A stretch of DNA of 64,000 bases, from the IMG/VR virus record IMGVR_UViG_3300020120_000082, positions 32,001-96,000 of that record. One strand, given 5' to 3'. This document shows positions 29,375 to 39,926 of the stretch, one piece after another. This stretch comes from a virus. Lineage: Duplodnaviria > Caudoviricetes. The position numbers and the translations under genes are program-made. Each line of letters begins with the position of its first letter. Position 1 is the first letter of the stretch. Under the pieces are notes generated by a model. That model searched no databases. It was given only the letters and a program-made list of their open reading frames with translations, and was not told the origin of the DNA.

Positions 29375-30827
29375 TGGGACCGTAATTGGCTAGGATGTAG
29401 TCGACCATGGTCTTGAAGTCATCGCCATCCACCGGCAACCCCTCGGACAGCAATTGGGCCATGTTGCTGAACTGCTCAAAGTTAGCTGGTGTGTTGGCTT
29501 TCATGCCATTGTCCAGTAGAACCTTCAAGACATACGGATCGGGCAGCTTGGCCATGCTCTCGACAAACGCCTCGACTTCCTTGGACGAGATGCCAGCCTC
29601 ATTAAGATCTGCGGGAATGCCGTAGTAGCCCCGCAGCGGGCTAACCTGAGTGGATGGCGCAGGTGTGAATGGCACTTGCTCAACCGTGGACGTGGCGATC
29701 TGGCTAGTTGCAGTCTTGGTTTTTGCTGCTTCAGCCGCCGCTTCTTCTGGATACCAGCGTGGATCCGGGATACCATGCGCCTTCCAGGAGATCACTGCCG
29801 CCACTTCTTCCCAGGTCAGCGAACGCCAACTCATTTTGCCTTTAAAACGTTTCTTGAGATGGTTGCCCGCCTCGAATTGGTTGGGCTTGCCAGTCTTGGT
29901 GTCGATGAACAAGCCCAGCAATTGCTCAACCTGCTTATCACCCATGCCTGTTCCAGCCACTTTTTCGGCAACCTTCCAGACATTGCCGCCAAGCCGAACC
30001 ATCTCAACGTCATTCTCTTTGCGGTATTCCAGAACACCCTTGACATATTCCGGCGAGATGACAACCTCTCCAGGCTTGGCTTCCGGCTTTTTGGATTCTG
30101 CTTTCTTTGTGGCCGGAGCAGCCTTGATTTCGCCAGTGCCCTGATCAACCGTTTCGACAACTGTGGCTGGCTGTGTTGCGTCAAAGTCGGGACCGATCTG
30201 ATCTACGGTGTAAGTATCTCCGTCCGTCAACTGAGTCGTTGCGTTGGATGATGTTCGACCTTCGACAACATGGCCATTGGATTCTTTGGGCAAGCTCAAA
30301 ACATTGCCATCGACGTCAACATTTGCGCCAAGCTCTTCCGGCGTGTACACCGGAGCGCCAAACAGATCCGGGCAGAACCACTTGACGCCATTGCTCATAG
30401 CGCGAGCAAAGAGCATATTGCGCGGGAACTTGTCCATGTTCTTCGTGCCTGCCCGCTTGGCATCTTCGATGGTGAACTTGGATGTTCCCAGCACCCGTTC
30501 ACCATTCACAAATTCGATCTCCGCATAGTCATCGCCCAGGTGAAGAATGTTGTAGTCGTAACGCTTGGAATTGCGAACCTGCGCGGCCATGAGATTGGCC
30601 GAGAAAGTTACTCGCCCCTGAATAACGTAGATACCCGTCATGGCAGAAATTGCGGGGATTCCAAGTTCGCGGCCTGCCAAAACTTTAACGATTGCCTGGG
30701 AAGTCTTCTCCGCATCTTTGAAGTATCCTGATGCGACCAGCGTCTTGCCCAACTCCATCAGGGACAAGCCTGGATTTAGCGCCAGTTCTTTGGTGCCGGA
30801 TTCCTTGGTGCCATTCTCTTCAGTCAC
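29352..30827 (-). CDS. RecT/Red-beta-like single-strand annealing protein with long C-terminal extension
   Basis: GRELGIP...IYVIQGR..SANLM, FTIEDAKRAG, KFPRNMLFARAMS...CPD..G.VYTPEEL. Confidence 0.75.
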   Translation of the reverse strand: MTEENGTKESGTKELALNPGLSLMELGKTLVASGYFKDAEKTSQAIVKVLAGRELGIPAISAMTGIYVIQGRVTFSANLMAAQVRNSKRYDYNILHLGDDYAEIEFVNGERVLGTSKFTIEDAKRAGTKNMDKFPRNMLFARAMSNGVKWFCPDLFGAPVYTPEELGANVDVDGNVLSLPKESNGHVVEGRTSSNATTQLTDGDTYTVDQIGPDFDATQPATVVETVDQGTGEIKAAPATKKAESKKPEAKPGEVVISPEYVKGVLEYRKENDVEMVRLGGNVWKVAEKVAGTGMGDKQVEQLLGLFIDTKTGKPNQFEAGNHLKKRFKGKMSWRSLTWEEVAAVISWKAHGIPDPRWYPEEAAAEAAKTKTATSQIATSTVEQVPFTPAPSTQVSPLRGYYGIPADLNEAGISSKEVEAFVESMAKLPDPYVLKVLLDNGMKANTPANFEQFSNMAQLLSEGLPVDGDDFKTMVDYILANYGPNAASAEK

Positions 30828-30828
30828 T

Positions 30829-31050
30829 TTATTTCTCCTGTTTCCCTTCCCCCTGGATCTTGGCCTGCTTTTTCTTCTGGCTTTCCAATTCCGTGGTAAT
30901 GATTCTGTCCAGCATCCTTACCATCGTTTCACCCGACAAAGCAGCCGCTAAATGAAGTTGTTTCAGAGACGTTGTGTAAACCTTGATCGTGGTATACAGG
31001 GGAATTTTCTTGAGCGTTGGTTTCTCGTATGTTTTTTTGTCCATGGACAT
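30829..31050 (-). CDS. Small DNA-binding (RHH-like) protein
   Basis: Basic; TTIKV strand followed by two helices. Confidence 0.5.
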   Translation of the reverse strand: MSMDKKTYEKPTLKKIPLYTTIKVYTTSLKQLHLAAALSGETMVRMLDRIITTELESQKKKQAKIQGEGKQEK

Positions 31051-31067
31051 ATATATTACAACATTTA

Positions 31068-31331
31068 CTACCTGACGTCCAGTCCTTCTGGCGGCACATA
31101 TTTCTCGCCGGGGATCTCGATTCCATTGCGATTTTTGCCCAAAAACCTGATCATTCCGTGGCGCTCCATCAGTCTCAGGTTGTGGAAAATGCTGGTTTTA
31201 CCGTGTCCAGTCTCTCTGCCTATTTCCAGCATGCTGGGCGTTGCTCCACCGTACTTGATTTTGTACCTGACGATATAGTTCAGGATCCCGTCAAGCCTTG
31301 CCTTCGTTTCCGGGCTCAGATCTTTTTTCAA
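31068..31331 (-). CDS. LexA-type winged-helix DNA-binding protein (no peptidase domain)
   Basis: ILNYIVRY..KYGGATPSMLEIGRETG..KTSIFHNLRLMERHGMI. Confidence 0.8.
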   Translation of the reverse strand: MKKDLSPETKARLDGILNYIVRYKIKYGGATPSMLEIGRETGHGKTSIFHNLRLMERHGMIRFLGKNRNGIEIPGEKYVPPEGLDVR

Positions 31332-31524
31332 CTGATGTACTCCTTGCGCTCGATTTCATCGCGCAGTTCGACCAGCTTCTGAACAACATTCTTGGTCCTG
31401 ACAACCGATCGTGTTGAGACCGAATTCTCGGGCAGCGTATTCACAATTGCCCGAAGCCTGTCGATCTGCATGTACATAGAATTGAGAACGCCTTCCAGTT
31501 GATCGTTGAGTTCAAAGTTGGTGG

Positions 31525-32019
31525 TCACCGTTCTTTTTTGCTCCAAACAGCCCTGCCCTTTTTGCCCATGTCGTGCATATTTTCCAGGTGAGTTCCAACA
31601 AACAGATAACTCGGTCTTACGCATTTCGGATTATCACATTTATGACAGACTTCCATTCCGATTGGTATGGCTCCATTTGCGAGTTCCCAGGAAAGCCTAT
31701 GGGCAAGCAATCTTGGGCCATATTCTCCCTCTTTGTAAATGTACCCATATCCCAAAACACTTTTGGCCCCAGACCAGATCCAGCATGATCTGGTTTTACG
31801 AACGCGCTCCCAAAACCTGGTTTCAAGTTTCTTTCTTTGCGCTATCTTTCCGTCGCTAATGCTGCGTAGCTTCACACCATTCTTAGCTAAGATATTACCG
31901 ATCGTTACATCAGTCGTATCGTAAATCTTGGCTATTTTGTACGTCGAAAGCATTTTGACAGTATACAGGTCAACAATATCCGTCTCGTGTTCTCGAAGTC
32001 CAGGTCTTTTCGCTGCCAT
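31525..32019 (-). CDS. HNH homing endonuclease with N-terminal HTH
   Basis: RFWERV...CWIWSG...GYG...AHRLSWEL...VCHKCDNPKCVRP..L..GT..ENM.D. Confidence 0.9.
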   Translation of the reverse strand: MAAKRPGLREHETDIVDLYTVKMLSTYKIAKIYDTTDVTIGNILAKNGVKLRSISDGKIAQRKKLETRFWERVRKTRSCWIWSGAKSVLGYGYIYKEGEYGPRLLAHRLSWELANGAIPIGMEVCHKCDNPKCVRPSYLFVGTHLENMHDMGKKGRAVWSKKER

Positions 32020-32027
32020 AGAGTCTC

Positions 32028-33335
32028 CTAGAAATCAAAGCCGATATCGTCATACGCCTTCAAGCGCTTGATCTCTAATATTCGCCGCTTGATATCAATA
32101 GGGGTTTCTTCGTGAACCGTATCCAGTCTTCCGAAGAAACGATCAAGTTGAACACGGAAGTAAGCATGCGGTGGATCCTTCTTCTTGGGATGGCGTTTCA
32201 AAAAGATGAATTCATCCGCAGCCATTCCGACTCTGGCCGTTCCATAGAGAATAACGGGATCTCCTGTGTCCTTGCGCATCAACTTGGCGGACATATCGTT
32301 GGAAATTTGACCAGCCGTTCCAAGCCAGATCCCCTCTTTGTGTGAAAACGTCAAGAGCCAGTCAGCAAAGTCTCCGATTTCATCTTGCGTATTCGTTCGC
32401 TTCGATAGAAGATTTGGGATCTTCTTCAGATAGTCAAGAATTACAGCATTTGGCTTGTTCCACTTGACCAATCGCTTGAGCGCCTCGTCATTGCAATAGC
32501 TGATTGGATAAACCTTGATGTATTCATCAAGATATTGGAGAGTTTTCTTATACCTAACCTTGCGTTCTTCTGGACTCTCGCGATCAGTCCCAATGAATAC
32601 CCCTGGAACAACCTCCTTCATAAAGTCAATTCCTGAGAGCGCGGATGCTAATTGCGCCGACACAATTGCCGGGTCATTTTCGGTGGTTACAAATGTAACC
32701 TTGAATTTTTGCAAAGCAAGATCAATCGCCTGACTTTGCAATGTCATTGATTTTCCGTGCTTGGTGATGCCAGCTAGAATTACGAAATATGCATATCGAT
32801 AACCACCTCTCAGGATGTCGTCCATGCCGGTAATAAGAGATTTGGCGAACAGAGTCGGCAGTTGTCCTTCGGCCAGAACAGATGGGCGCGGATCATAGCT
32901 GTCGCCATCTCTGACCAGGGAGCCGATCTTGGATGCCTGCGTCACCAGCCATTGACGGGCATTGCGCGGATCCATTTGGGACAGGCGCTTCATCTCGTCA
33001 GCAATCATCTCGGCCTGGTGATTGATATAGATCTGATAGCTGTGGTCGATGGCGTCTTTCAGGTCAGCCTGGCCAAAGCCATTGTTGCAGATGTAGATCA
33101 TCTCCGGCAGCAATCCGGGAACGGATAGCTTGGCCCTGGAGATAATCGAGACGGCATTGATTTGCTTGCCATCGCGTGCCAGGGAGATGGTGGCATCCAG
33201 CAGGTTCCGACTCAGGTCGGTTTCCATCCATTCTTTCTTGTAGATTGATTTGTCAATTGCCTCGGCCTGCCCATGAATAGCCAGGCCCAACATTGTCCGA
33301 TCCGATTCCGGTATGAGTTTAGGGGTGAATGTCAT
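32028..33335 (-). CDS. DnaB-like (SF4) replicative helicase
   Basis: Walker A AGITKHGKS, FVTTEN, VILDYL, TAGQIS, AADEFIFL. Confidence 0.75.
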   Translation of the reverse strand: MTFTPKLIPESDRTMLGLAIHGQAEAIDKSIYKKEWMETDLSRNLLDATISLARDGKQINAVSIISRAKLSVPGLLPEMIYICNNGFGQADLKDAIDHSYQIYINHQAEMIADEMKRLSQMDPRNARQWLVTQASKIGSLVRDGDSYDPRPSVLAEGQLPTLFAKSLITGMDDILRGGYRYAYFVILAGITKHGKSMTLQSQAIDLALQKFKVTFVTTENDPAIVSAQLASALSGIDFMKEVVPGVFIGTDRESPEERKVRYKKTLQYLDEYIKVYPISYCNDEALKRLVKWNKPNAVILDYLKKIPNLLSKRTNTQDEIGDFADWLLTFSHKEGIWLGTAGQISNDMSAKLMRKDTGDPVILYGTARVGMAADEFIFLKRHPKKKDPPHAYFRVQLDRFFGRLDTVHEETPIDIKRRILEIKRLKAYDDIGFDF

Positions 33336-33493
33336 GTCTTTCCAAGAGCGCCATTTGCCTAAAATCTCCTATGGCGCATTTCTAGTTTTTCCAGGTTGGT
33401 TTCCAGGGTTGCATACTGCCCGACTCGTCCCCCACCAGCATGTATCTCAGGTAGGCTTCCACGGCTTCACGCCGGTTATCAAATTTAGATCGC

Positions 33494-34471
33494 TCAGCTT
33501 TCTGTAGATCCAGAAACGGACTGCCCTTGATATAGTTCTGGAAACGGCTGGGCAGTTGCATCCTTTCGACGTCGAGGTCGTCTAGCTTTTTGCCCGCCAG
33601 CAGGTAGCATGTCTGCCGGTTGCACAGACAACTCGGGATCAGCTTCAAGTTCGTCATAGTGCTTATTTTTCCGCTCTAACCATTGTTGATACTCGCTTTC
33701 GTAGAAGACTGGTGGTTCATTAGCACAGTATTCCTTCCACTGTGAAATCATAGGTGGTTCGCCCACCGACTCGATGGTTGAAATGTAGTGAATTTCAAAA
33801 CCATCTCCGATAACGCCATCCCGGATAGCTTCCAGGCATCCAGCAATCTCATCAGCGGTGTAACGCTGTAACAATTGGCTGGCGTGTTTCTTGACCGCCC
33901 CCCGATCGTCATCTGGAGATTTCCAATCACGCTTGAATATCTCACGCACCACCCATTTGGCCAGCTTCTCGGTTTGGCTTGCTTTACGAGCCACGTCTAG
34001 ACCCTTCCAATATTGGGATTCCAGGATCTCGATTTGATACACCGGGTAGGGCGACCAGTTGCCAACGGGATCATAAGCGCCCTGGTCAATATCCCGGCAG
34101 ATACGAATCCAGGCGTCGAACTCGGATGACTTGCCAACGCCGACGAACTTGGCTTCCGGGAATGATGCCAGGTAGGCGATGTCTTCCATGGACGCATTGT
34201 GAATCCACTCCTGGTTGTAGGCATGGCAACAGTCGCAGAAGAAACCGATCTTGATGTCCCAGATGCGCCAGCCCAGGTAGCGGTATTCCACAATCGACCA
34301 CTCAGCCAGCCGCTTCCGGGATTCCAGATCTGGAATTTCTTTCTCATCAGGCATGTTCCAATTCAAGCTGTTGATCTTCTTCGGCCCGATGCACCCGGAC
34401 CAGGGTGACGTTCTGGCTGGCCAGTTGCTCCAGATACTCTTCCGGCTCTTCACCGCCGACCACATATTCAA
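33494..34471 (-). CDS. Hypothetical protein upstream of helicase (possible replication/loader protein); true start probably MPDEKE at ~34354
   Basis: Long ORF; position-based inference. Confidence 0.55.
   Translation of the reverse strand: MNMWSAVKSRKSIWSNWPARTSPWSGCIGPKKINSLNWNMPDEKEIPDLESRKRLAEWSIVEYRYLGWRIWDIKIGFFCDCCHAYNQEWIHNASMEDIAYLASFPEAKFVGVGKSSEFDAWIRICRDIDQGAYDPVGNWSPYPVYQIEILESQYWKGLDVARKASQTEKLAKWVVREIFKRDWKSPDDDRGAVKKHASQLLQRYTADEIAGCLEAIRDGVIGDGFEIHYISTIESVGEPPMISQWKEYCANEPPVFYESEYQQWLERKNKHYDELEADPELSVQPADMLPAGGQKARRPRRRKDATAQPFPELYQGQSVSGSTES
34321..34336. repeat. 16-bp palindrome copy 3 (in CDS, encodes IPDLE)
   Basis: Exact ATTCCAGATCTGGAAT. Confidence 0.95.
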
Positions 34472-35057
34472 TGCGCTGCGGCAGGAACACGCAGATGATG
34501 GCCGGGATGTCTTTGGCTACCATGCGCCCAGTCGTCAACGCATGCCCCTGGATCATCGGCAAGCCTTTCTGGGGAGCGTCTTCGTCAATCTCCGGCACCG
34601 GAACTTCAATCGAATCTTCCGGGACCAGTTCGGTGAAAACCTTGGGATGCCCCAGCAGAACAACGCTCTCCCCAACTTTGAAATGCCGGGGCAGCGGGAA
34701 TGCAATGCGCTTGGAAATACCCAATTCGATGGCTTCACGGCGGAAGTCATCCCGAGACTTGTAATGCTTGGCCCCTACCCCAATCAGATAGCCTTCCCCG
34801 GTGCGATTGATCAGGCAGGCACGGCAGGCTTCCCGTGGATCCTTGCAATTGGCATGCGCGAATAGATTCTTGACATTGACTTTCTGCAACCCGCGAGTCA
34901 GCTTGACTTGAAGACCGCAGCACTCGCAGGGCTCCAATCTCAGCGGCAACATCCCACATTCCGTCATCCGGGCCGGATCAGTCCGGAGATAGAATCCGGT
35001 ATGACGCCATCCGCAACCTCGTTTGTGATCAGTTACATCTTGAATCTGAACAGTCAT
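34347..35057 (-). CDS. Cys-rich conserved hypothetical protein
   Basis: RGCGWR..G.YL, CECC, GISKRI. Confidence 0.7.
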   Translation of the reverse strand: MTVQIQDVTDHKRGCGWRHTGFYLRTDPARMTECGMLPLRLEPCECCGLQVKLTRGLQKVNVKNLFAHANCKDPREACRACLINRTGEGYLIGVGAKHYKSRDDFRREAIELGISKRIAFPLPRHFKVGESVVLLGHPKVFTELVPEDSIEVPVPEIDEDAPQKGLPMIQGHALTTGRMVAKDIPAIICVFLPQRIEYVVGGEEPEEYLEQLASQNVTLVRVHRAEEDQQLELEHA

Positions 35058-35446
35058 TGATCAATCTCCTGTGTGAGCTTGTTGATGAATTCGATATAAG
35101 ACGACATCTCGGACTCGCGCTTTTTCAACTTGTCTTCGTAGATTTTCTTTAACGCAACGAAAGCCATCTTCTTGTTTGGAAATATCTGGTTTGGATCGGA
35201 ATAGCTATTGACAGTAGTTGTGCCATCCTTCATCTCGAATAACAGCCTGATCACATTGTTGCTAAATTCCCGGACAACACCCTGAACAACCACATATTCA
35301 GTGCTGTGCTCTCCAGAGTATTCGCCTCTAATAATGACCTCAAAAAAGCTTTCGCTCTGCGCAATGACGTAAACCCGATCTCCAATCGATACGGGTTTAT
35401 CATCTGCGATCAAGACTTTCATGCAGACTTCTCCATTGATCTCCAA
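35054..35446 (-). CDS. Hypothetical protein
   Basis: Tiling ORF. Confidence 0.6.
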   Translation of the reverse strand: MEINGEVCMKVLIADDKPVSIGDRVYVIAQSESFFEVIIRGEYSGEHSTEYVVVQGVVREFSNNVIRLLFEMKDGTTTVNSYSDPNQIFPNKKMAFVALKKIYEDKLKKRESEMSSYIEFINKLTQEIDQ

Positions 35447-35907
35447 TACGAAACCCAGGCTTCTTGCTCAGCAAGCTCATCACACAGAACGTTGTATTCC
35501 TGAAAGGCCGAACGATTATTTTCTTTTGAATGCCCACGGATCCAGTTACCATGGATTTGGTGGATCTTTCTAAAATTGTCGATCTCGGTCCACATATCCA
35601 CATGCGCAACTTTCTTCCACTTGCGAGCAATCCACTTGTCTAACCATTCATTGACGCCTTTGACGACATACTGAGCGTCACAATAAAACTCAACCCGGCA
35701 GGGAATAGTCAGTTCCCGCAAACCACCAATCAGGCCCATCAGTTCCATGGTGCTGTTGGTCTCTGGATAGGAATGCCCACTACAGGTCTTCTCCAGAGAT
35801 CCATAGCGCAGAATGGCGCACCAGCCGCCATGATTGGCCCTGGTGCCGTACAAAGAACAAGAACCATCGCAAAATAGCTGTACCAACGGTAATTCCTGCC
35901 GCGTCAT
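35419..35907 (-). CDS. rnhA: Ribonuclease HI
   Basis: FCDGSC, GGW.AIL, TNSTMEL, CDAQYV..G..EW..KW, WIRGHS, N..CDELA. Confidence 0.92.
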   Translation of the reverse strand: MTRQELPLVQLFCDGSCSLYGTRANHGGWCAILRYGSLEKTCSGHSYPETNSTMELMGLIGGLRELTIPCRVEFYCDAQYVVKGVNEWLDKWIARKWKKVAHVDMWTEIDNFRKIHQIHGNWIRGHSKENNRSAFQEYNVLCDELAEQEAWVSYWRSMEKSA

Positions 35908-36579
35908 TCGTCGTCAAACGGCAGTTCGTTGGCGAACTGGACTAAATTGGGACGCTTGATCACCTTGAAATTGGTCTTATCCGTCAGTCCAATCTCCTGA
36001 CATCGAATACAACCTTTTTCGTGACGCCGGATGCTGGCCGGTGTCCAGCCGGTGCCATAACTGTTGCTGCGCTTGCCGCAGATGGGATACACCGGTTGCT
36101 TACTGGGCTTCCTGCGACTCCGAGAGCGCTTGTACGTTGTCATCGGATACCTCCTGGGACGGTTCGAATATCAAATAGATCGCCCCACTTTGTTGGCTGC
36201 TGACTGCGCCAATACCCCACCAGCCGCGGGACTTGAAGTCATCCACGACATTTCGGATGACATCGTTGATGTTGAGCGATTCATGATCATTGTGTATTTG
36301 CACCACTTCGAAATCAGGTAAATCTTTCATCGCATCGATCTCTCAAACGGGTTCTTTCCAAGAAAGCACTTGCCCAGCTTACCGATATAGTTCAATTGGG
36401 TATTAGCCAGCAGGAAAGCATTTCTGGGATCGCCATCCACCGGGCCAATGGCCATCAGGCTGTTCAAATCCACCAGGCTTGGGCTGGGCAGGTAGCTGTA
36501 GATCCGGCCCGCAAAAGCACCGCTAGGAAGTTTCATCACATCGATTCCGTAAACGTGGCCCTTGTGAGCCGAGTAGTGC

Positions 36580-36846
36580 TTATTTGGGGTTTTGCTCATG
36601 GATCTCCTGTATGCCCAGCTTGTCCATAGTGCGCTGCACATGGTCTTCGCGGTACATGACTCGCCAGCCCGTAAATCCAGACCGGGCTTGCGACCAGCCA
36701 TACTCGTAGGCATACGCGTGGATCTGGGCGCTGGTAAGCCCATAGCGCCGGGCAATTTCCGGCCCATTGATGCGCTTGTACTTCCCGCTCTTGGTTTCTG
36801 CGGGTGCGATACCTTCGTTGTTGTCTTCCGGCTCTTCCAAGATCAT
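36580..36846 (-). CDS. Small HTH (excisionase/MerR-like) protein
   Basis: EIARRYGLTSAQI...RVMYREDHV. Confidence 0.5.
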   Translation of the reverse strand: MILEEPEDNNEGIAPAETKSGKYKRINGPEIARRYGLTSAQIHAYAYEYGWSQARSGFTGWRVMYREDHVQRTMDKLGIQEIHEQNPK

Positions 36847-37045
36847 TTTCTTGCTCCTAGAAACCTATGTTTGAGTTCGCCAATTTCCATGTCTGCCATC
36901 CAGCGGTCAAAGTCTGTCGGGAAATCCTGATCCAGGTAGACCGCTATGAAACATTGCAACAAGTCTGCGTTTCCCATCTGCCGTAAATCTTTTTGGTATT
37001 CCTGCTTGCGCTCTTTGGATTGATCGTATTGTCCGTGCTGCATGC

Positions 37046-38923
37046 CTAGTCCTTGACGAAGTAGAGTGCGTTGCGCGATCTCGTATATGCGACATAAATT
37101 ATGTTGCGCTCTTGTTGGACTTCCCAGGGCTGCTTGGCTTTAGCGAAGGGCATTAGATCTGGGCGCAAAATCCAAACTGTATTTGATTCCAGGCCCTTGG
37201 CCCGGTGGACACTCGACAATACAATTTCTCCGTTCTCGTCGCTGAAGATCGAGTCGATCCGTGGAACGATTTGATCGGGCTGATCGCATTCCTGAGCGAC
37301 TGCTTCCAGGGTGTCGATCTTGTCCTGCAAGGCCTGGATTTGAGTCTCGCTGGCGCGTCGGTTTTCCATGCGCGTCATTTCGCGGTTGGAGTAATCTCCC
37401 AGGCGGAAGAAGAACGACTCCATGTCCACGCAACCTGCTGACAGGTTCGCCGCCAGATCGGACAGGTTCTTGCCAATATCCTTGCCACGAATAACCGCCT
37501 TGATGCCCTTGCGGATCAAGCCAAAAGCGACCGGCACCAATGGTGCATTGGTGCGGCAGATCACCATGTCGCCACGCGTAATCAGCCCCTGCATCTTGGA
37601 GATGGTAGTGTCTTCGATGATGCCTTCGGGCGCATTCTCCCTGGCCTCGATCTGGGGGACGATTTCTTTGGCCAGCTTGACATGGCTGGTTGGACAGCGA
37701 TAGGTGATGCTCAGGGGGAGCGTCTGAGCATTGAGCGTGGCTACCAATTTTTGCATGGAGTCAACGCCTGCGCCACGAAAGCCATACAGTGACTGGAACG
37801 TGTCGCCCACTGCCACAATGCGTCCATTGGGTTTGACCGAACGCAGCACAAACTCAGCCTGGTTGTCGCTCAGATCCTGGCTTTCGTCGACGAATAGATA
37901 GTCGAACTGCTTCATGGGCAGTCCCAGGACTATCGGCAACCATTGCATATCGTCGTAATCGATCAGATTGGTGTGATCTTTGGCCGAATCCAAAACTCGC
38001 GGCAGGATCTGCAAGAAATAGTCTTGGTTTTCTTCCAGGTCCAGCCCATAGTGAGCAATCAAGGCCAGCACCTGGCTACGATTGTTGGCATCCGTCAGGG
38101 TGGCCTTGGATAGAGCCGCAAGATTCTTGAATGTGCGGCGGCGGTTATAGAGCTTGGCCCGCTCTTCTTTGGGGAGACGACGCGTCTCTTCAGTGACACA
38201 CAGATCAGAATATGGGCCGAACAGGAATTCCCAACGCCGATCTTCGTCGACGTCAACCTTTCCCAGGGCATCCCGAAGATCTTTGTAACCCAGTGAATGT
38301 AGGGTAGCGCTGTAGCACCACTTGGGCAGGCGCGTCTTCAACTCCGCCGCGATGTGCTTGTTGAAAGCAAAGAAACCGACGTCCAGGCCCTCCATCAGAT
38401 AATCAAACGACTTGAGCCGGACGGGATCACTGGCTTCAAAGATGGCCCGTGCCTCTTTCTCTCCGATCTCTTTCTTGTGAAATGCTACAGACAGCGGAAG
38501 ATACCGAACTGCCTGAACGCTGGTGGATGTTTTCCCGCTGCCCGCACAGGCCTCAACAACCGCATGCCCATCACCAAAAACGATCCACTCGAAGATTGCC
38601 TGTTGATATTTGCTGGGCGTGAACGGCTTGATTTCCTGGACAGGCTCCGGTTCTTTTTGCGCTATGGGAGCGTGCTGAATAGCGACTTCGCTGTCCATGA
38701 CAATGGTGCCGCCCTGGAGAGCAGTCGACTTGCTATTCTTTACTGCTCCAGCGTAAACCGTATGGGTATCTTGATCGTTCGGACATCGGCTATGTCCCCA
38801 TTTGCCGTTATCAAACTTAGTTACCTGCGTTCCGACTGGATATGACTGGCCACACTTAGAACACCGGCCTGGCCACTTACTTGATACTGAAAAAGCCATA
38901 GAGTCCTTTCTAATTTCGATCAC
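37046..38923 (-). CDS. UvrD/Rep-like SF1 helicase with N-terminal Zn ribbon (likely start 38899)
   Basis: EACAGSGKTS, AFNKHIA, TLHSLG, VDESQD, VGDTFQSLYGFRGA, LSITYRCP, CRTNAPL, SSVHRAKGLE, YVAYTRS. Confidence 0.93.
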   Translation of the reverse strand: MIEIRKDSMAFSVSSKWPGRCSKCGQSYPVGTQVTKFDNGKWGHSRCPNDQDTHTVYAGAVKNSKSTALQGGTIVMDSEVAIQHAPIAQKEPEPVQEIKPFTPSKYQQAIFEWIVFGDGHAVVEACAGSGKTSTSVQAVRYLPLSVAFHKKEIGEKEARAIFEASDPVRLKSFDYLMEGLDVGFFAFNKHIAAELKTRLPKWCYSATLHSLGYKDLRDALGKVDVDEDRRWEFLFGPYSDLCVTEETRRLPKEERAKLYNRRRTFKNLAALSKATLTDANNRSQVLALIAHYGLDLEENQDYFLQILPRVLDSAKDHTNLIDYDDMQWLPIVLGLPMKQFDYLFVDESQDLSDNQAEFVLRSVKPNGRIVAVGDTFQSLYGFRGAGVDSMQKLVATLNAQTLPLSITYRCPTSHVKLAKEIVPQIEARENAPEGIIEDTTISKMQGLITRGDMVICRTNAPLVPVAFGLIRKGIKAVIRGKDIGKNLSDLAANLSAGCVDMESFFFRLGDYSNREMTRMENRRASETQIQALQDKIDTLEAVAQECDQPDQIVPRIDSIFSDENGEIVLSSVHRAKGLESNTVWILRPDLMPFAKAKQPWEVQQERNIIYVAYTRSRNALYFVKD

Positions 38924-39026
38924 AGGGAATATGAATCCACGGTCCCCTGTTTTACGAAATATTCGATTGCCTTACCAACGTGCTGGTCACCTAATTGCGT
39001 GGTTCACTGCCAAGCGGGGAATAGAA

Positions 39027-39123
39027 AAGAGTCCCATTCGGCGCTGGCTGGTTGGGTTCGTTGCACGCAACGAGGTGGGGTGATTAAGTCCACCGACCAA
39101 GCCAGTCCCGAATAGGACTCTTT
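39027..39123 (-). ncRNA. Candidate structured RNA (three-way junction) in the ~290-nt leader of the helicase/replication operon
   Basis: ~30-bp imperfect stem (GAGUCCUAUUCGG/CCGAAUGGGACUC, CUGGCU/AGCCAG) enclosing two hairpins; G-U pairing favours the minus strand. Confidence 0.55.
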
Positions 39124-39195
39124 GGTTAGTGCGTGCATTTTACCCGATAAAGCTCGCCAAGAAAACAAGGGTAATCAGCCCTACTCGGCAATCCT

Positions 39196-39223
39196 ATTCT
39201 ATAGAATCTCTCCGCTTCGTCAA
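39196..39223 (-). promoter_or_regulatory. Sigma70-type promoter
   Basis: TTGACG-N16-TAGAAT on the minus strand. Confidence 0.6.
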
Positions 39224-39477
39224 TAGAAAAAATGTTTGTCGGTGTTTGTCCTACAGGCTGTCATCATAAATCTCATTGGTATAGACGTCAATCACCATAT
39301 CTTGACAAATTTGATACCGAAGGCCACAGGTAGCCTATCAAGATGCTGGCGATGCAGATCGTCAGGCCAGCCACAAAAACAATCCAGGCCAGGCCGACAT
39401 AATCGATCTCATTCTTCAGGATTGGAAAGCCGGGGACGTGTCCGTTGGGTTTAATCTTGGTTAGCATATGCGCTCCG

Positions 39478-39493
39478 ATTCCAGATCTGGAAT
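39478..39493. repeat. 16-bp palindrome copy 4 (intergenic)
   Basis: Exact match just after the macrodomain stop codon. Confidence 0.95.
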
Positions 39494-39494
39494 T

Positions 39495-39926
39495 CTATGG
39501 CAGCTTACAGATATAGCTGGCCGGGAAATAGTACTCCAACAGTTCTTGCACAATGTCCCAATCGCCACCACCCAGTCCGCAGCCGATTTTGTATGGGAAG
39601 AAAGTGTCTAAGCCATTAAATTCTCGGCCATCCAAAGTCTGTCTAAGCTGGAACAGGGCGCTTGAAAGAGCCCCGTAATTTGTCTGGCGACTCATATTCC
39701 CATATCCCAATTGGCCAACCAGAAATGCCAGGACCGGCCCACTGGCTTGTTGAAAGATCATGCAGCTTCCAAACGCTGGCCTTGCTTGCCGATAAGCGTA
39801 GATCGCACCGGGATATTGTTTGAAAGTCAGTTTGGCAAGACCAGCCCCGGCAATACCCAGAGAGTTCATTTGTTGAGCGATTACACCACGTTTAACGAGC
39901 AGAATGTCCTGGGTAATGTAATTCAT
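39495..39926 (-). CDS. Macrodomain protein (ADP-ribose binding/hydrolase, Poa1p/DarG-like)
   Basis: DIL...IAQQMNSLG.AGAGLAK...FPYKIGCGLGGGDW; ATGA overlap start. Confidence 0.85.
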   Translation of the reverse strand: MNYITQDILLVKRGVIAQQMNSLGIAGAGLAKLTFKQYPGAIYAYRQARPAFGSCMIFQQASGPVLAFLVGQLGYGNMSRQTNYGALSSALFQLRQTLDGREFNGLDTFFPYKIGCGLGGGDWDIVQELLEYYFPASYICKLP

